Below, piece after piece: positions 28,942-37,960 of a stretch of 64,000 bases of DNA. A program made the translations under genes and the position numbers. This stretch comes from an uncultured Ruminococcus sp. GTDB taxonomy: Bacteria; Bacillota; Clostridia; Oscillospirales; Acutalibacteraceae. Position 1 is the first letter of the stretch. Each line of letters starts with the position of its first letter. The stretch spans positions 21,188 through 85,187 of the forward strand of contig CADBOO010000132.1 in assembly GCA_902796225.1 (NCBI GenBank), written 5' to 3'. The notes beneath the pieces were generated by a model. That model saw only the letters and a list, made by a program, of their open reading frames with translations, was not told the DNA's origin and did not search any database.

Positions 28942-29193
28942 TCATCTCTTTATCCTTTCCACATGGATATCGAACCGCTTGAGTTGGCGTGAGAACGGGT
29001 CTAAGCCTTCCATAGAAGTGCCTTTGTAATAGTCGCTGGGATCGATCTGTTCAAGAGCGTTCGTCAGGTTTTGATCGTTGCTTCTTCTTTCTCTCAACTC
29101 TTCGAGCCACAGCCTTAGCTGTTTATGTTCTTGCCCACAGGCTGAACAATTCTCTTTTTCTCTGCAATGCTCGATAGCTTCATCGAGTGTCAT
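28942..29193 (-). CDS. Fusion protein: small phage early domain plus a copy of the N-terminal segment of the GTA-like major capsid protein
   Basis: AGGAGG RBS; residues encoded by 28960-29070 match capsid residues encoded by 55543-55653 at 26/37, ungapped. Confidence 0.85.
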   Translation of the reverse strand: MTLDEAIEHCREKENCSACGQEHKQLRLWLEELRERRSNDQNLTNALEQIDPSDYYKGTSMEGLDPFSRQLKRFDIHVERIKR

Positions 29194-29722
29194 TGTTTAT
29201 CCTCCTATCTCGATTTGCTGACCTGAACATCATTAAGAGCATTTCATAAATAGGTCTGCTGCGATCTTCCCTATGTGCTTTTTTCACTACCTTTAGGCTA
29301 TCGCCGCCGGGAACCAAAACACCAACGTGCCACGGTATGTAAATAGGCTCTTCCTTATCGAGCAGTTTAATAGTATAATCATCCACTACAAGCGGTATGG
29401 GATGTCGCTGTGAGTCTTTGATCTTTTGATAAGTTTCTTCCGTCATCACATAGTAGTTAAAGTCGCCTATAAAGTTATGCCCGTTCTTCGACCTGAAATC
29501 TTCAATACAAGACTTCACTTCAAAACAATAGAAAGCGCCTTTTTCTATGCCTGATACTGTGTTGTTCATCGGCTTGAATTTCATATAATCAACCCTGATT
29601 TGATGGTCAGTACCATAATCAAAGGTTACCTCTCTCGCCCAGTATATCCGAGTGTCGCCGTTGGGATCGATGTAACTCTCTGTGAGTTCAGATAGTCTTT
29701 TTGTTATTTCTGATCGGCTCAT
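29180..29722 (-). CDS. PD-(D/E)xK nuclease-fold protein (MmcB-like)
   Basis: RVDYM...CFEVKSCIEDFRSKNG, NYYVM motifs. Confidence 0.7.
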   Translation of the reverse strand: MSRSEITKRLSELTESYIDPNGDTRIYWAREVTFDYGTDHQIRVDYMKFKPMNNTVSGIEKGAFYCFEVKSCIEDFRSKNGHNFIGDFNYYVMTEETYQKIKDSQRHPIPLVVDDYTIKLLDKEEPIYIPWHVGVLVPGGDSLKVVKKAHREDRSRPIYEMLLMMFRSANRDRRINNDTR

Positions 29723-29906
29723 ATGTAACCCTCCTATTCCAAGCCTTAATTGCGCTTTGTTTCGTGCTCCTGCTAATCATGGCACCGCAAGAATTACACA
29801 TTACTGTAGGTTTGTATTTGCCGCCGGAAAGCGGAACCATAACCGGTCCAATATATACCGCGTTTTTGCCACAGTGCGGACACGGTATCAACTCAGGTGT
29901 TTCCAT
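29688..29906 (-). CDS. Lar-family restriction alleviation protein
   Basis: LIPCPHCG...CNSCGA...AIKAWNRR; start at ATG 29906. Confidence 0.8.
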   Translation of the reverse strand: METPELIPCPHCGKNAVYIGPVMVPLSGGKYKPTVMCNSCGAMISRSTKQSAIKAWNRRVTYEPIRNNKKTI

Positions 29907-30217
29907 TATTTGACACCTCCCCAATCTAAAGCCTGTCCGCAGAAATGACAATAAGGTTTTTTCGCATTCGCCATATCGTCAACATCATCTTTATTCCCGA
30001 ACTGACTTTCACAGGCAGGGCATTGGTATTGACCGTTCCAAATCTCAAGCTTTTTCGGGACTTGCGCCTCAAGCGCATCGATCGCAATACCGATAGCTTC
30101 TGCTTCTTTTTCGAGATACGCTGTCAGCGGAGTATCCTTCTGTTTCGTCAGTTTCTTTGCCAAAAGTGGAATTGAATTAAGATTCTGTAAAATCTTGATG
30201 GCATCTACTTCTGTCAT
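29906..30217 (-). CDS. Hypothetical Zn-ribbon phage protein
   Basis: ALEAQVPKK...CPAC...YCHFCGQALDW. Confidence 0.75.
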   Translation of the reverse strand: MTEVDAIKILQNLNSIPLLAKKLTKQKDTPLTAYLEKEAEAIGIAIDALEAQVPKKLEIWNGQYQCPACESQFGNKDDVDDMANAKKPYCHFCGQALDWGGVK

Positions 30218-30223
30218 TGTTGA

Positions 30224-30469
30224 TTACCTCCCGAGGAAAAATACGAGCCAGCTGATAATCAAGTAAACAGCAGATACAGCAGACAGAATTAACAATATCG
30301 CTTCGATAGTCTTCAAGATCTTTATCCATGTTGGCGGATTATCATGAGTAACATAAAAATATAGATCAAATCTTGACAAAGTCCCCTTATAGATGCCTTC
30401 GACTATTGAAAACACAATCTTATAGCACACGCTGACAGCGAGGATAGTAATCGCAATTTTTTCAAGCAT
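30224..30469 (-). CDS. Small membrane protein
   Basis: Two hydrophobic helices; start MLEKIAI at 30469. Confidence 0.6.
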   Translation of the reverse strand: MLEKIAITILAVSVCYKIVFSIVEGIYKGTLSRFDLYFYVTHDNPPTWIKILKTIEAILLILSAVSAVYLIISWLVFFLGR

Positions 30470-31157
30470 TCTTCTCCATCTCCTCCCGCAGGCTGTCCTT
30501 GATGTAGTAATCCACATGAAGGGTCTGGCACTCCTTTTCGATGATCCTGCCGAACTCAGCCCAGTCAATAACCGACGGGTAATAGTTCAGTTTACCGATC
30601 TTGACCTTATCGATGAATGAAGCTATCCGGCGCAGATACGCGAATACGTTTCCTGCGTTCACAACCGGCTCGAACGATACCCATGTTTTGATACCGCATT
30701 TGTGCGCTTGCATCAGATCAGCAATCCGATACTCTACCGGCTGGCACCACTTCCCGGCGGTACCGTCTAATGTAACGCCGTACCAGTCGTTTTCGTCAAG
30801 CAGATCGAAGTCGCGCAATCCGCTTCCTTTGGTGAGAATCTGAACGTGGTTGCCGCTATCTTTTAGTAGTTTGATGATTTCCCGCGTCGGGGTAGTGTCA
30901 TATCCTGTAGGGTAAGGATCACAGGTAAAGCAAAGGTGAATCAGCTTGTCGGTGATCTGTTCTTGATCGAGTTGTTTTCGAACTTCGTCGACGATATTCT
31001 TCCTCGGCTCGACTATGTTGTGAAACTGCTCCTTGTTCCGTTTGATCGTTCTCGGCGCAAAGCAGTAGAAGCAACTGTGCGGGCATCCGGTGTAGATGTT
31101 GATAGCGAGATCGCCGTATTCTTTCGCCTTACCTTTCGGCTCATAGATAGGTTTCAT
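30462..31157 (-). CDS. Radical SAM protein
   Basis: NIYTGCPHSCFYC (CxxxCxxC), CDPY, ILTKG, WVSFEP. Confidence 0.88.
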   Translation of the reverse strand: MKPIYEPKGKAKEYGDLAINIYTGCPHSCFYCFAPRTIKRNKEQFHNIVEPRKNIVDEVRKQLDQEQITDKLIHLCFTCDPYPTGYDTTPTREIIKLLKDSGNHVQILTKGSGLRDFDLLDENDWYGVTLDGTAGKWCQPVEYRIADLMQAHKCGIKTWVSFEPVVNAGNVFAYLRRIASFIDKVKIGKLNYYPSVIDWAEFGRIIEKECQTLHVDYYIKDSLREEMEKNA

Positions 31158-31170
31158 CCTTTATCTCCCC

Positions 31171-31743
31171 TCACTTGTGATATATTATTGTTGCACGACA
31201 GGATATTCTCTGTATTCCCGATTGGACGTCACATTGAGTTATGAAGAATCCATTCTTCATAATATGCTCTGCTATCTGTCTGCCTAAGTTTTCTAAGGCT
31301 CTGTCTATCACACAATCTTCATTATGCAAGCCTTCCAATTCAGCTCTGTCTAAAAATATATTTTCCATTAGGTTCTCTTCGCTTGTATTGCTACCCTTGT
31401 ATATAGCAAATTGTCCATCAAAAATTGCCGCTTTGAATTGTATCCGCTGAATTTGTTCGTCAGAGAACTCATACCCTCTTCCGAAAGAGTAATTGATGTG
31501 TTTTTGTATTTCTTCAATACTTCCATAGCGCATTATTGTAACAGCTTGTCTGGTGTCGCGATTACAACAATCATTCCATAGCATATATAGCTTATCGCCG
31601 GTAATACAGTTTTCAAGCATTCTACCTAAAGCCATCTTGCCATTTTTGAAAGCCAAACTCTCCATTATTACATTAAGCGCTCCAGGATTACCTTTGCAAA
31701 GCTGGTAAACCTCATCCATATCCTGATAATTAAATTCTTTCAT
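31171..31743 (-). CDS. Hypothetical phage protein
   Basis: GNPGAL...LYMLWNDCC domain; RBS present. Confidence 0.7.
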   Translation of the reverse strand: MKEFNYQDMDEVYQLCKGNPGALNVIMESLAFKNGKMALGRMLENCITGDKLYMLWNDCCNRDTRQAVTIMRYGSIEEIQKHINYSFGRGYEFSDEQIQRIQFKAAIFDGQFAIYKGSNTSEENLMENIFLDRAELEGLHNEDCVIDRALENLGRQIAEHIMKNGFFITQCDVQSGIQRISCRATIIYHK

Positions 31744-31945
31744 TTTCTCTACCTCTTTCTCTAAGAGTTCGAGCTATGGACAACATATCGCGGTAGATGT
31801 GCTGCAACTCAGTAATCTCCGCATTGAGCCGCTGCCGCTGATCGGCAGTTAACCGCTTCCGTTTCTGATCTTTCTTGCGTTCTATCGCGTCGTGGATCTT
31901 CGCGGCGTTGGTTTCGTATTGTTCAGCCCAGTTTATGTAATCCAT
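31730..31945 (-). CDS. Hypothetical coiled-coil phage protein
   Basis: GAGGT RBS; tight packing. Confidence 0.65.
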   Translation of the reverse strand: MDYINWAEQYETNAAKIHDAIERKKDQKRKRLTADQRQRLNAEITELQHIYRDMLSIARTLRERGRENERI

Positions 31946-31959
31946 AGCTCTTACCTCAA

Positions 31960-32796
31960 TTAAAACGGTTTGTAATATTCCAGATCTCCGTCGAAACTGA
32001 TAATACTGTATGTCCGGAGAATCGCCCTTGCCTGTTCATATGTTTCGCAGGCAAGAAGCTGTGCTTCGACTTCCTCGCGCATTCGATCAAGATGTTCGCG
32101 CTCCGCAACCTCTTTTTCACTCCATAGTTCCACCTTTTTTCTTGTGTCGCCGGTACAGTGAGTCAACTGATTATAAGAGGGGCCTCGGAACAGATGAAAG
32201 CCCACAAAGTCTCTCGGTGTATCCGTCAAACTATTGTTGAGCTGTTCAAAGGTTTCTTTGATCCGCTTTGTATTCTCGTCTTCCTCGACGAGCTGATTGA
32301 GCTTATCTTCTGCTGCCTTGTCGAGCGCCTCATACGCTCTCTTGAAATAAAGATCAAATATCGCTTTTGCTTGCATAACTGTCTTCTCCTTTGATGTGAT
32401 TATTTGTAATGGCATAGTATAGTGGTTTTCTTCTATCAATTCTTCTAGAGTTCTGTTATTGATTTCAAACGGATCCCGTGTATCAATATTCAGTTTGATA
32501 AACTCCGGCTTAATCGGTACTGCGATCGGAAGTTTCGACAACCAATCCTTCCGCGGCGGGTTAGCCGGTGTAAAACAACGCAACGGCATCGGATGTTCAT
32601 CCAGATCTTTCTTCAAAGCGTCAAGAATCTTATCCCTTATCGTATCCGGAATCGGAACCTCATGGATATCACTACGGTCGATTTCTAAGTTTGGGCCATA
32701 GCGGCATAAAGTGACCGGTGGCTTTCCCTTTTCGCATAATTGAAGATCAAATGTAACTGGTTTATATTCCTCTTTGAGAATAGGTATATCGATCAT
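31960..32796 (-). CDS. Hypothetical phage protein
   Basis: 278 aa ORF with AAGGAGG RBS. Confidence 0.7.
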   Translation of the reverse strand: MIDIPILKEEYKPVTFDLQLCEKGKPPVTLCRYGPNLEIDRSDIHEVPIPDTIRDKILDALKKDLDEHPMPLRCFTPANPPRKDWLSKLPIAVPIKPEFIKLNIDTRDPFEINNRTLEELIEENHYTMPLQIITSKEKTVMQAKAIFDLYFKRAYEALDKAAEDKLNQLVEEDENTKRIKETFEQLNNSLTDTPRDFVGFHLFRGPSYNQLTHCTGDTRKKVELWSEKEVAEREHLDRMREEVEAQLLACETYEQARAILRTYSIISFDGDLEYYKPF

Positions 32797-32806
32797 ATCG
32801 TCCTCC

Positions 32807-33694
32807 TTAGAATAAACTCAGCTGCTCTGCAACCATAGGCTTGATCTTCGGAGCTTCCTCATGTTCTTCCTTCTCCGGTTCTTCTAGTCCTGTTGCCTCC
32901 GGCGCCTTCGGTTCCTCGATTTCTGGCGCCGCCGTCTTCGATACGGTCTCAAACATCTGCGCCAGAAGCCGAGCCTGTCGGCGATACTGCCAGATCGGCG
33001 TGTAGTATATCGGCGTCAGCCAGACATTCTCGTCCAGTTCAAGCCTTGTAGGATTGTCGGTAGCAGGATTGCAGATCGTGTCGCCTATGAAGATTGCCGC
33101 TGCACACCCGAGCATTGACAGCTGTATGTAACACATCAGCGCCGCCGTCCGTTCAATGTCCTGGGCTACGATGAACACTTTTTCTTGATAATTCACATGA
33201 TTCTCGCGCAGGACATTCACCAGAGCGATCAGAGTAGCTCCTGCACCGCAGGCAGGATCATTTGCTGCTACATAGCCTCTCTCAGCGATCTTCTCGTCGA
33301 TAGGGCCATTATCGACGGTCATCTTTGCCATCATCTTACACACGTTGTATGGAGTGAATACTTGTCCGAGAGCGTCACTTCCGAAATTCAAGCTCATGTG
33401 GATCTCACCGAGTAGGTCTTGATCGGGGCAAGCCTCATATTGATTCACGATCTCAGCGAACACGCGAGCGATTACGTCCATATCCTTCGGACTATATTCC
33501 TTTGCTATCCGAAGGTAGTGTTCTTCTCTGCCCTTGCTCCGGGGGCTGTGGTCAACAGAATTTGCGATAGATATAGCAATCATTTCGATCATATCGCTCC
33601 ATATATTCCACAACGACTTTGAGCCGGTCAGCGACTCTATCAGCTTCACGATATCGCGATATTCTGCCTTAACGTGTCGAATCGCTCTGCTCAT
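32807..33694 (-). CDS. N-6 DNA methylase-like protein
   Basis: GQVFTP and motif I NDPACGAGA; no clear NPPY-type motif IV. Confidence 0.75.
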   Translation of the reverse strand: MSRAIRHVKAEYRDIVKLIESLTGSKSLWNIWSDMIEMIAISIANSVDHSPRSKGREEHYLRIAKEYSPKDMDVIARVFAEIVNQYEACPDQDLLGEIHMSLNFGSDALGQVFTPYNVCKMMAKMTVDNGPIDEKIAERGYVAANDPACGAGATLIALVNVLRENHVNYQEKVFIVAQDIERTAALMCYIQLSMLGCAAAIFIGDTICNPATDNPTRLELDENVWLTPIYYTPIWQYRRQARLLAQMFETVSKTAAPEIEEPKAPEATGLEEPEKEEHEEAPKIKPMVAEQLSLF

Positions 33695-34989
33695 TCCTCA
33701 ACATCTTCCATTTTGGAATACAGCTCGTGAGTACCGTTGATATAGGCGTGTTCTTCGTCTGACGCCTCATACCCTAGATACTCGATGCACTCATATGTCG
33801 CTTTTAAGCCGGGATTCTCTCGGTAGCCGACATCGGAGTAGCTGTGATAGAAGCAGCCATACTCGACGAAAGAATCGACGATCACAGACAGAAGCGCAGC
33901 CGGGACATCACGTACGATAGGAATATCTGAAAGAGTGATCTCGTCATCTTCATCAAGTTTCTCACTCATAATAGAACCAAGATCCAGTTTGCTACGCCAT
34001 CTCTGCTTAAGTTCCAAAACGATAAACAGTTGGAATATCTTTTGAGCGTCGCCCGCGTTTCTGCAGCTGAAATTATGACAGAACTCGAGAACGTTATCGC
34101 AGCACAGTTCTTCGAGTTCTTCCAACTGACTGGCGATCCTGTTTACTTCCTCATGTACCGCTTCCCGCGCGAGCTGCTCGGGGCTTTTCTCATTATCTTC
34201 TTTACGTTTCCCATAAACGTAAAATCCGCCGCTGTGCTCAAGTATTCTGTAAAAGAACGGTTCAAGAGGTAAAGGATTCACCATGTCATCCTCTCGTTCG
34301 GAAAAAGAAACATAGAATTGGAAACTATAATTAAGGTGATAGTCTACCTCATCAGTAATATCGGTTGCGTTCAATTCAGAAAGACGGTTTTTCCAATACT
34401 CTCTCCCCTCTGCCGTTTTTTCATTGGCAAGTTCGCGTTTCAGAGCCCAGTCGAAGTTATTGGTGCCGATCTCCTGCAACACTTTGTTGCGCCGGTCGAT
34501 GTCCTTTATCTTCTCGAGCTTGATATACGCTGAGAGCGGGATCTCCCTGCTCTGAGCGACGAGGACATCTCTATCGAGCTTCAAGAGCTCGACGCGGTGA
34601 TGGATCGTGGTTCTGGAAAAGCCGGTCTGCTCCGAGATGGTTTTGATGCTCTCGCCAAGATCGAGCATCATCTGGAATCCCTCTGCCTGCTCCAGAACGG
34701 TGAGATCCTCACGCTGCATATTCTCCAGAAGCATGGTGGAGAGCTGTTCTTTCTCGGTCATCTCGACAACCGCGCACGGCAATTCGCTTAACCCTGCCTC
34801 TTTCGCTGCCGCGAACCGGCGGTGACCGATGATGATGGTGTACGTGTTATCGTCGTTCGGTACGACGGTAAGATTTTGGAACACTCCGTTCTTTTTGATA
34901 CTCTCAGAAAGTTCGGAAATGTCCCCGACCTCTTTCCGGGGATTATTGGGATGAGGTCTGAGCATTGATAAGTTTATATTTTGAATCAT
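33691..34989 (-). CDS. ParB/RepB/Spo0J-family protein
   Basis: HPNNPRK, IIGHRRFAAA, ENMQREDL, HTH; start at 34989. Confidence 0.88.
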   Translation of the reverse strand: MIQNINLSMLRPHPNNPRKEVGDISELSESIKKNGVFQNLTVVPNDDNTYTIIIGHRRFAAAKEAGLSELPCAVVEMTEKEQLSTMLLENMQREDLTVLEQAEGFQMMLDLGESIKTISEQTGFSRTTIHHRVELLKLDRDVLVAQSREIPLSAYIKLEKIKDIDRRNKVLQEIGTNNFDWALKRELANEKTAEGREYWKNRLSELNATDITDEVDYHLNYSFQFYVSFSEREDDMVNPLPLEPFFYRILEHSGGFYVYGKRKEDNEKSPEQLAREAVHEEVNRIASQLEELEELCCDNVLEFCHNFSCRNAGDAQKIFQLFIVLELKQRWRSKLDLGSIMSEKLDEDDEITLSDIPIVRDVPAALLSVIVDSFVEYGCFYHSYSDVGYRENPGLKATYECIEYLGYEASDEEHAYINGTHELYSKMEDVEE

Positions 34990-35002
34990 ATATAATCCTT
35001 TC

Positions 35003-35848
35003 TTATGTATTTTTGAATCGATAGTTTTTCTTCGGATCCAAGCCAATATACAGGTTGTACTTCGGCTCGGTCATTTCCACTATGCGGCTCCCAAGAGCCT
35101 GATCAATTCCGATGATCTGCGTCAAGGAGAACTCTGAAGAAATGATGGTGACAAGTTCTGCGTTGTACCGGTAGTTGATAATGCGGAACGCCATATTGAC
35201 GTCGGCAGTCGAGATCGGCTCGTCTTTCTTGGTCTTGAAGAAGTCATCAATATAAAGGACGTCGACGGTCTTGTATGGAGCAATCAGGCTTTCAAATGAG
35301 ATCTCGTTGACATACGCTTTCAGCTTCGGATTCTCGTCAGGCCATACCATATACCGGACAGCCCTGCCCTTTTTCAAAAGCTCCATGCCGATCGCGGCGC
35401 AGATATGTGTCTTGCCGCATCCGGGCTGACCACCGATATAGAACCAGCTTCGCGGTGAATCGTCGGCATACTTTTTTCCGGCTTCTTTGATCCGCTTTTT
35501 CCATTCCTCGTCTGCATTATAGTTTCGGAATGTCTTTTTGTTTGCGAGTTTCTCCAACCCTGACGCCTTGATCCTCGCCAGCTCGCGTCTAGCGGGCATA
35601 CATTCACATTCTTTTGTCACTTCTTCCCATGTGCCGGGAATGTCCTCTCGTTCTCTTACGATCGAATAGAAGCCCCTGTTCTTGCACCTTTGGCACTCAT
35701 AACCTGTCAAGGATCCTTCAAGGCGGTTAGCCGCTTTTGCTCTTGCCAGTATGTATTCTTTTGAATCCGTGTCACAGGACGTTGGGATCGGTATACCCGA
35801 CGGGATCTGTATTCCTCGAGCCGCCAGTATGTCCCTGAGAGAATCCAT
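35003..35848 (-). CDS. DnaC/IstB-like helicase loader
   Basis: CxxC...CxC, Walker A GQPGCGKT, LYIDD, INYRY, SRIVEM. Confidence 0.9.
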   Translation of the reverse strand: MDSLRDILAARGIQIPSGIPIPTSCDTDSKEYILARAKAANRLEGSLTGYECQRCKNRGFYSIVREREDIPGTWEEVTKECECMPARRELARIKASGLEKLANKKTFRNYNADEEWKKRIKEAGKKYADDSPRSWFYIGGQPGCGKTHICAAIGMELLKKGRAVRYMVWPDENPKLKAYVNEISFESLIAPYKTVDVLYIDDFFKTKKDEPISTADVNMAFRIINYRYNAELVTIISSEFSLTQIIGIDQALGSRIVEMTEPKYNLYIGLDPKKNYRFKNT

Positions 35849-36656
35849 AACCTCTACCTCCTTGGTTTTGGGCTTTTTTCAACCAGTTATCGATAAATCG
35901 CTTAATTCCATTTCTTGTTTTACGCTTAACAGGATTGGCTTCTAACCAACCACACATCCCTCGTAATTCCTGCTCAATATCAACAGCCGGATATAGTTCC
36001 TTGTAACGCTCACAATCAGATAAAGGAACATCATAATAAGATTTGTCATTCAAGATAAGGGAAATAAAGATCTCTGCGGCTTCGCTCGATGATTCATCAT
36101 CGGGCGGAGCATTATTATTCTTTTCTTTACTTTCCTTTACTTTCCTTTTATTTTGTCGCTTTTCTGCAACATTTTCGGGGGTTTCTGCAACATTTTCGGG
36201 GGTTTCTGCAACATTTTCGGGGGTTTCGGATGCAACAATACAGGCTGACTCGTTGTTTTCGCTGTTTTTATCGAGTAGCCAGTATTTTGATTTATCTGCC
36301 TTGTTCCTCGAAGTGACGATATCGTATCGCCGCTGGATTCCAACAGAGGTCAAAATATTCTGCCGCAGGAGAGCATGATCAAACAGCCCTATATCCGCAC
36401 AGTAATCGATGACTTGTTTCACAAGGTCTTTGTTCTTGATCCACTTGGCGCCGATATCCTTCACAAGCAACAGCACTACTTGTGATATTGGAGCGTCAAG
36501 ATAATACCCATTCGAGTAAATGTACTGCAGACAGATATCGTAGATGGTATATCCAAGCGGACCGTACTCATTGAGCAAGTCCATGATCTTGAAATCGTTT
36601 CTACGATCTGTATCCTCCGGAAAGTAGTCAAGCCCCGCTTTTCGCGGTCTCGGCAT
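35772..36656 (-). CDS. Phage replication initiator (DUF4373-like)
   Basis: RPRKAGLDYFP, ILTSVGIQRRY, internal repeats; precedes the DnaC-like gene. Confidence 0.85.
   Translation of the reverse strand: MPRPRKAGLDYFPEDTDRRNDFKIMDLLNEYGPLGYTIYDICLQYIYSNGYYLDAPISQVVLLLVKDIGAKWIKNKDLVKQVIDYCADIGLFDHALLRQNILTSVGIQRRYDIVTSRNKADKSKYWLLDKNSENNESACIVASETPENVAETPENVAETPENVAEKRQNKRKVKESKEKNNNAPPDDESSSEAAEIFISLILNDKSYYDVPLSDCERYKELYPAVDIEQELRGMCGWLEANPVKRKTRNGIKRFIDNWLKKAQNQGGRGYGFSQGHTGGSRNTDPVGYTDPNVL
36161..36223. repeat. Three perfect 21-bp tandem repeats, probable replication-origin iterons
   Basis: (TTTCTGCAACATTTTCGGGGG)x3 inside the initiator gene, next to a pyrimidine-rich CTTTACTTTC tract. 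Confidence 0.8.
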
Positions 36657-37311
36657 AAGCACTTATCCTTTCTCGCGTATTCAAATTCAAGCATTCACAA
36701 AGATGTTCATCCAGTCTGATACCATAAATGCAGTATTCGTAAAAAAGGTCTCTTTCTCGCCGGTGAGCTTCGTCGTGATGCTCCCGACATAATGCGATCG
36801 CTTCGAGTCCGACATGGACTATATGCTCGCGATCTCGTCCCATGCCGATACGATTGACATGGTGTACCTCTGCTCTCTTATTGCAGATCGCACAGACGCG
36901 GTGCTCCAAGCAGGAATACAGGTACTTGCCAATGTCGTCCGTATAGTGGAGGCGAGTATCTCGCGCCGGCACGTTCCAGTAGAAGCAGAAATCTATCAGG
37001 AAGCTCAGGAAGTCGCGGGCGATGGATACGGAAGTGTCCGACAGGCTGAACGGCTCGACGTTGTACTCTTTGCAGAACTCCCATGTGAGATAGCAGCGAA
37101 TATCCTCCGGGGTATCTCCGTTCCACTTGGCGATCTCTCCGATCAGCGCGAAGATCTTCTTGCGTTGTTCGTTCCGGATGGTTCTACCATCATCAAGCCT
37201 TAACTCGGCTATAGCCGGGTGCTGAGTATTCAACACCCGGCTGATATCCTCAGTCGGCTCTAATACAAGAAGTCCTCTATCATACCTCAGTATTTTCGCT
37301 GTTGTCAGCAT
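36628..37311 (-). CDS. Putative HNH-like nuclease (DUF968-like)
   Basis: QRKKIFALI, CAICN...AEVHH...LCREHHDEAH. Confidence 0.85.
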   Translation of the reverse strand: MLTTAKILRYDRGLLVLEPTEDISRVLNTQHPAIAELRLDDGRTIRNEQRKKIFALIGEIAKWNGDTPEDIRCYLTWEFCKEYNVEPFSLSDTSVSIARDFLSFLIDFCFYWNVPARDTRLHYTDDIGKYLYSCLEHRVCAICNKRAEVHHVNRIGMGRDREHIVHVGLEAIALCREHHDEAHRRERDLFYEYCIYGIRLDEHLCECLNLNTRERISAYAETAKSGA

Positions 37312-37960
37312 CGTCTTCCTCTTCCTCGTGAGCGTGCATATACACATACACGCTAGATTGCTTTGCGTTCTTATAGATGAAGTCGTTTGCCTGCTGGACA
37401 GACAGATGCGTCCATGCAGCTCGCTTCTCGTAAGGAAACTGACCCTCGACTTGCTTTTCTTTGATCTTCCTCTTGATCTCTTCCTCGTCGTGATTCGCCT
37501 CGATCAAAAACAGATCATAGTGCCAAGCTGTGACACCATTCAGATTGCCGGTGTCAGTCGCATAGATCATCTTATTCCCTGACGGGAAATGGATCTTGTA
37601 GCCCTGGTTAGGCACATCATGAACAAGTGGTACCGGAATGACCGTGCATAGCTTACCGTAGGTGTAGCTTGTCCCGTCATTAAGAATATCGATGTTCTTC
37701 GCCGGTACACCGGCGTCGATCAGCAGCGGCACCAACCATCTACCGCATCCAAAGCGCAGTGTCGGGCGCTCCCGGCTCAGTCTTGATATAGTTGACTGTC
37801 TGAAATGATCGCTATGTTTGTGAGTAAGCAGTACGATCTTCAGACCGGGCACATACGGCCACAGAGCGTTATAAGGAACGCCGCAGTCAATCAGGATTTT
37901 GTTATTGATAACTACGGCGTTGCCCTTTGAGCCGGTCGCGAGTATGTCGTACTCAATCAT
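37280..37960 (-). CDS. Metallo-beta-lactamase-fold hydrolase/nuclease
   Basis: TGSKGN, THKHSDH, HDV, YATDT, EANH. Confidence 0.88.
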   Translation of the reverse strand: MIEYDILATGSKGNAVVINNKILIDCGVPYNALWPYVPGLKIVLLTHKHSDHFRQSTISRLSRERPTLRFGCGRWLVPLLIDAGVPAKNIDILNDGTSYTYGKLCTVIPVPLVHDVPNQGYKIHFPSGNKMIYATDTGNLNGVTAWHYDLFLIEANHDEEEIKRKIKEKQVEGQFPYEKRAAWTHLSVQQANDFIYKNAKQSSVYVYMHAHEEEEDDADNSENTEV

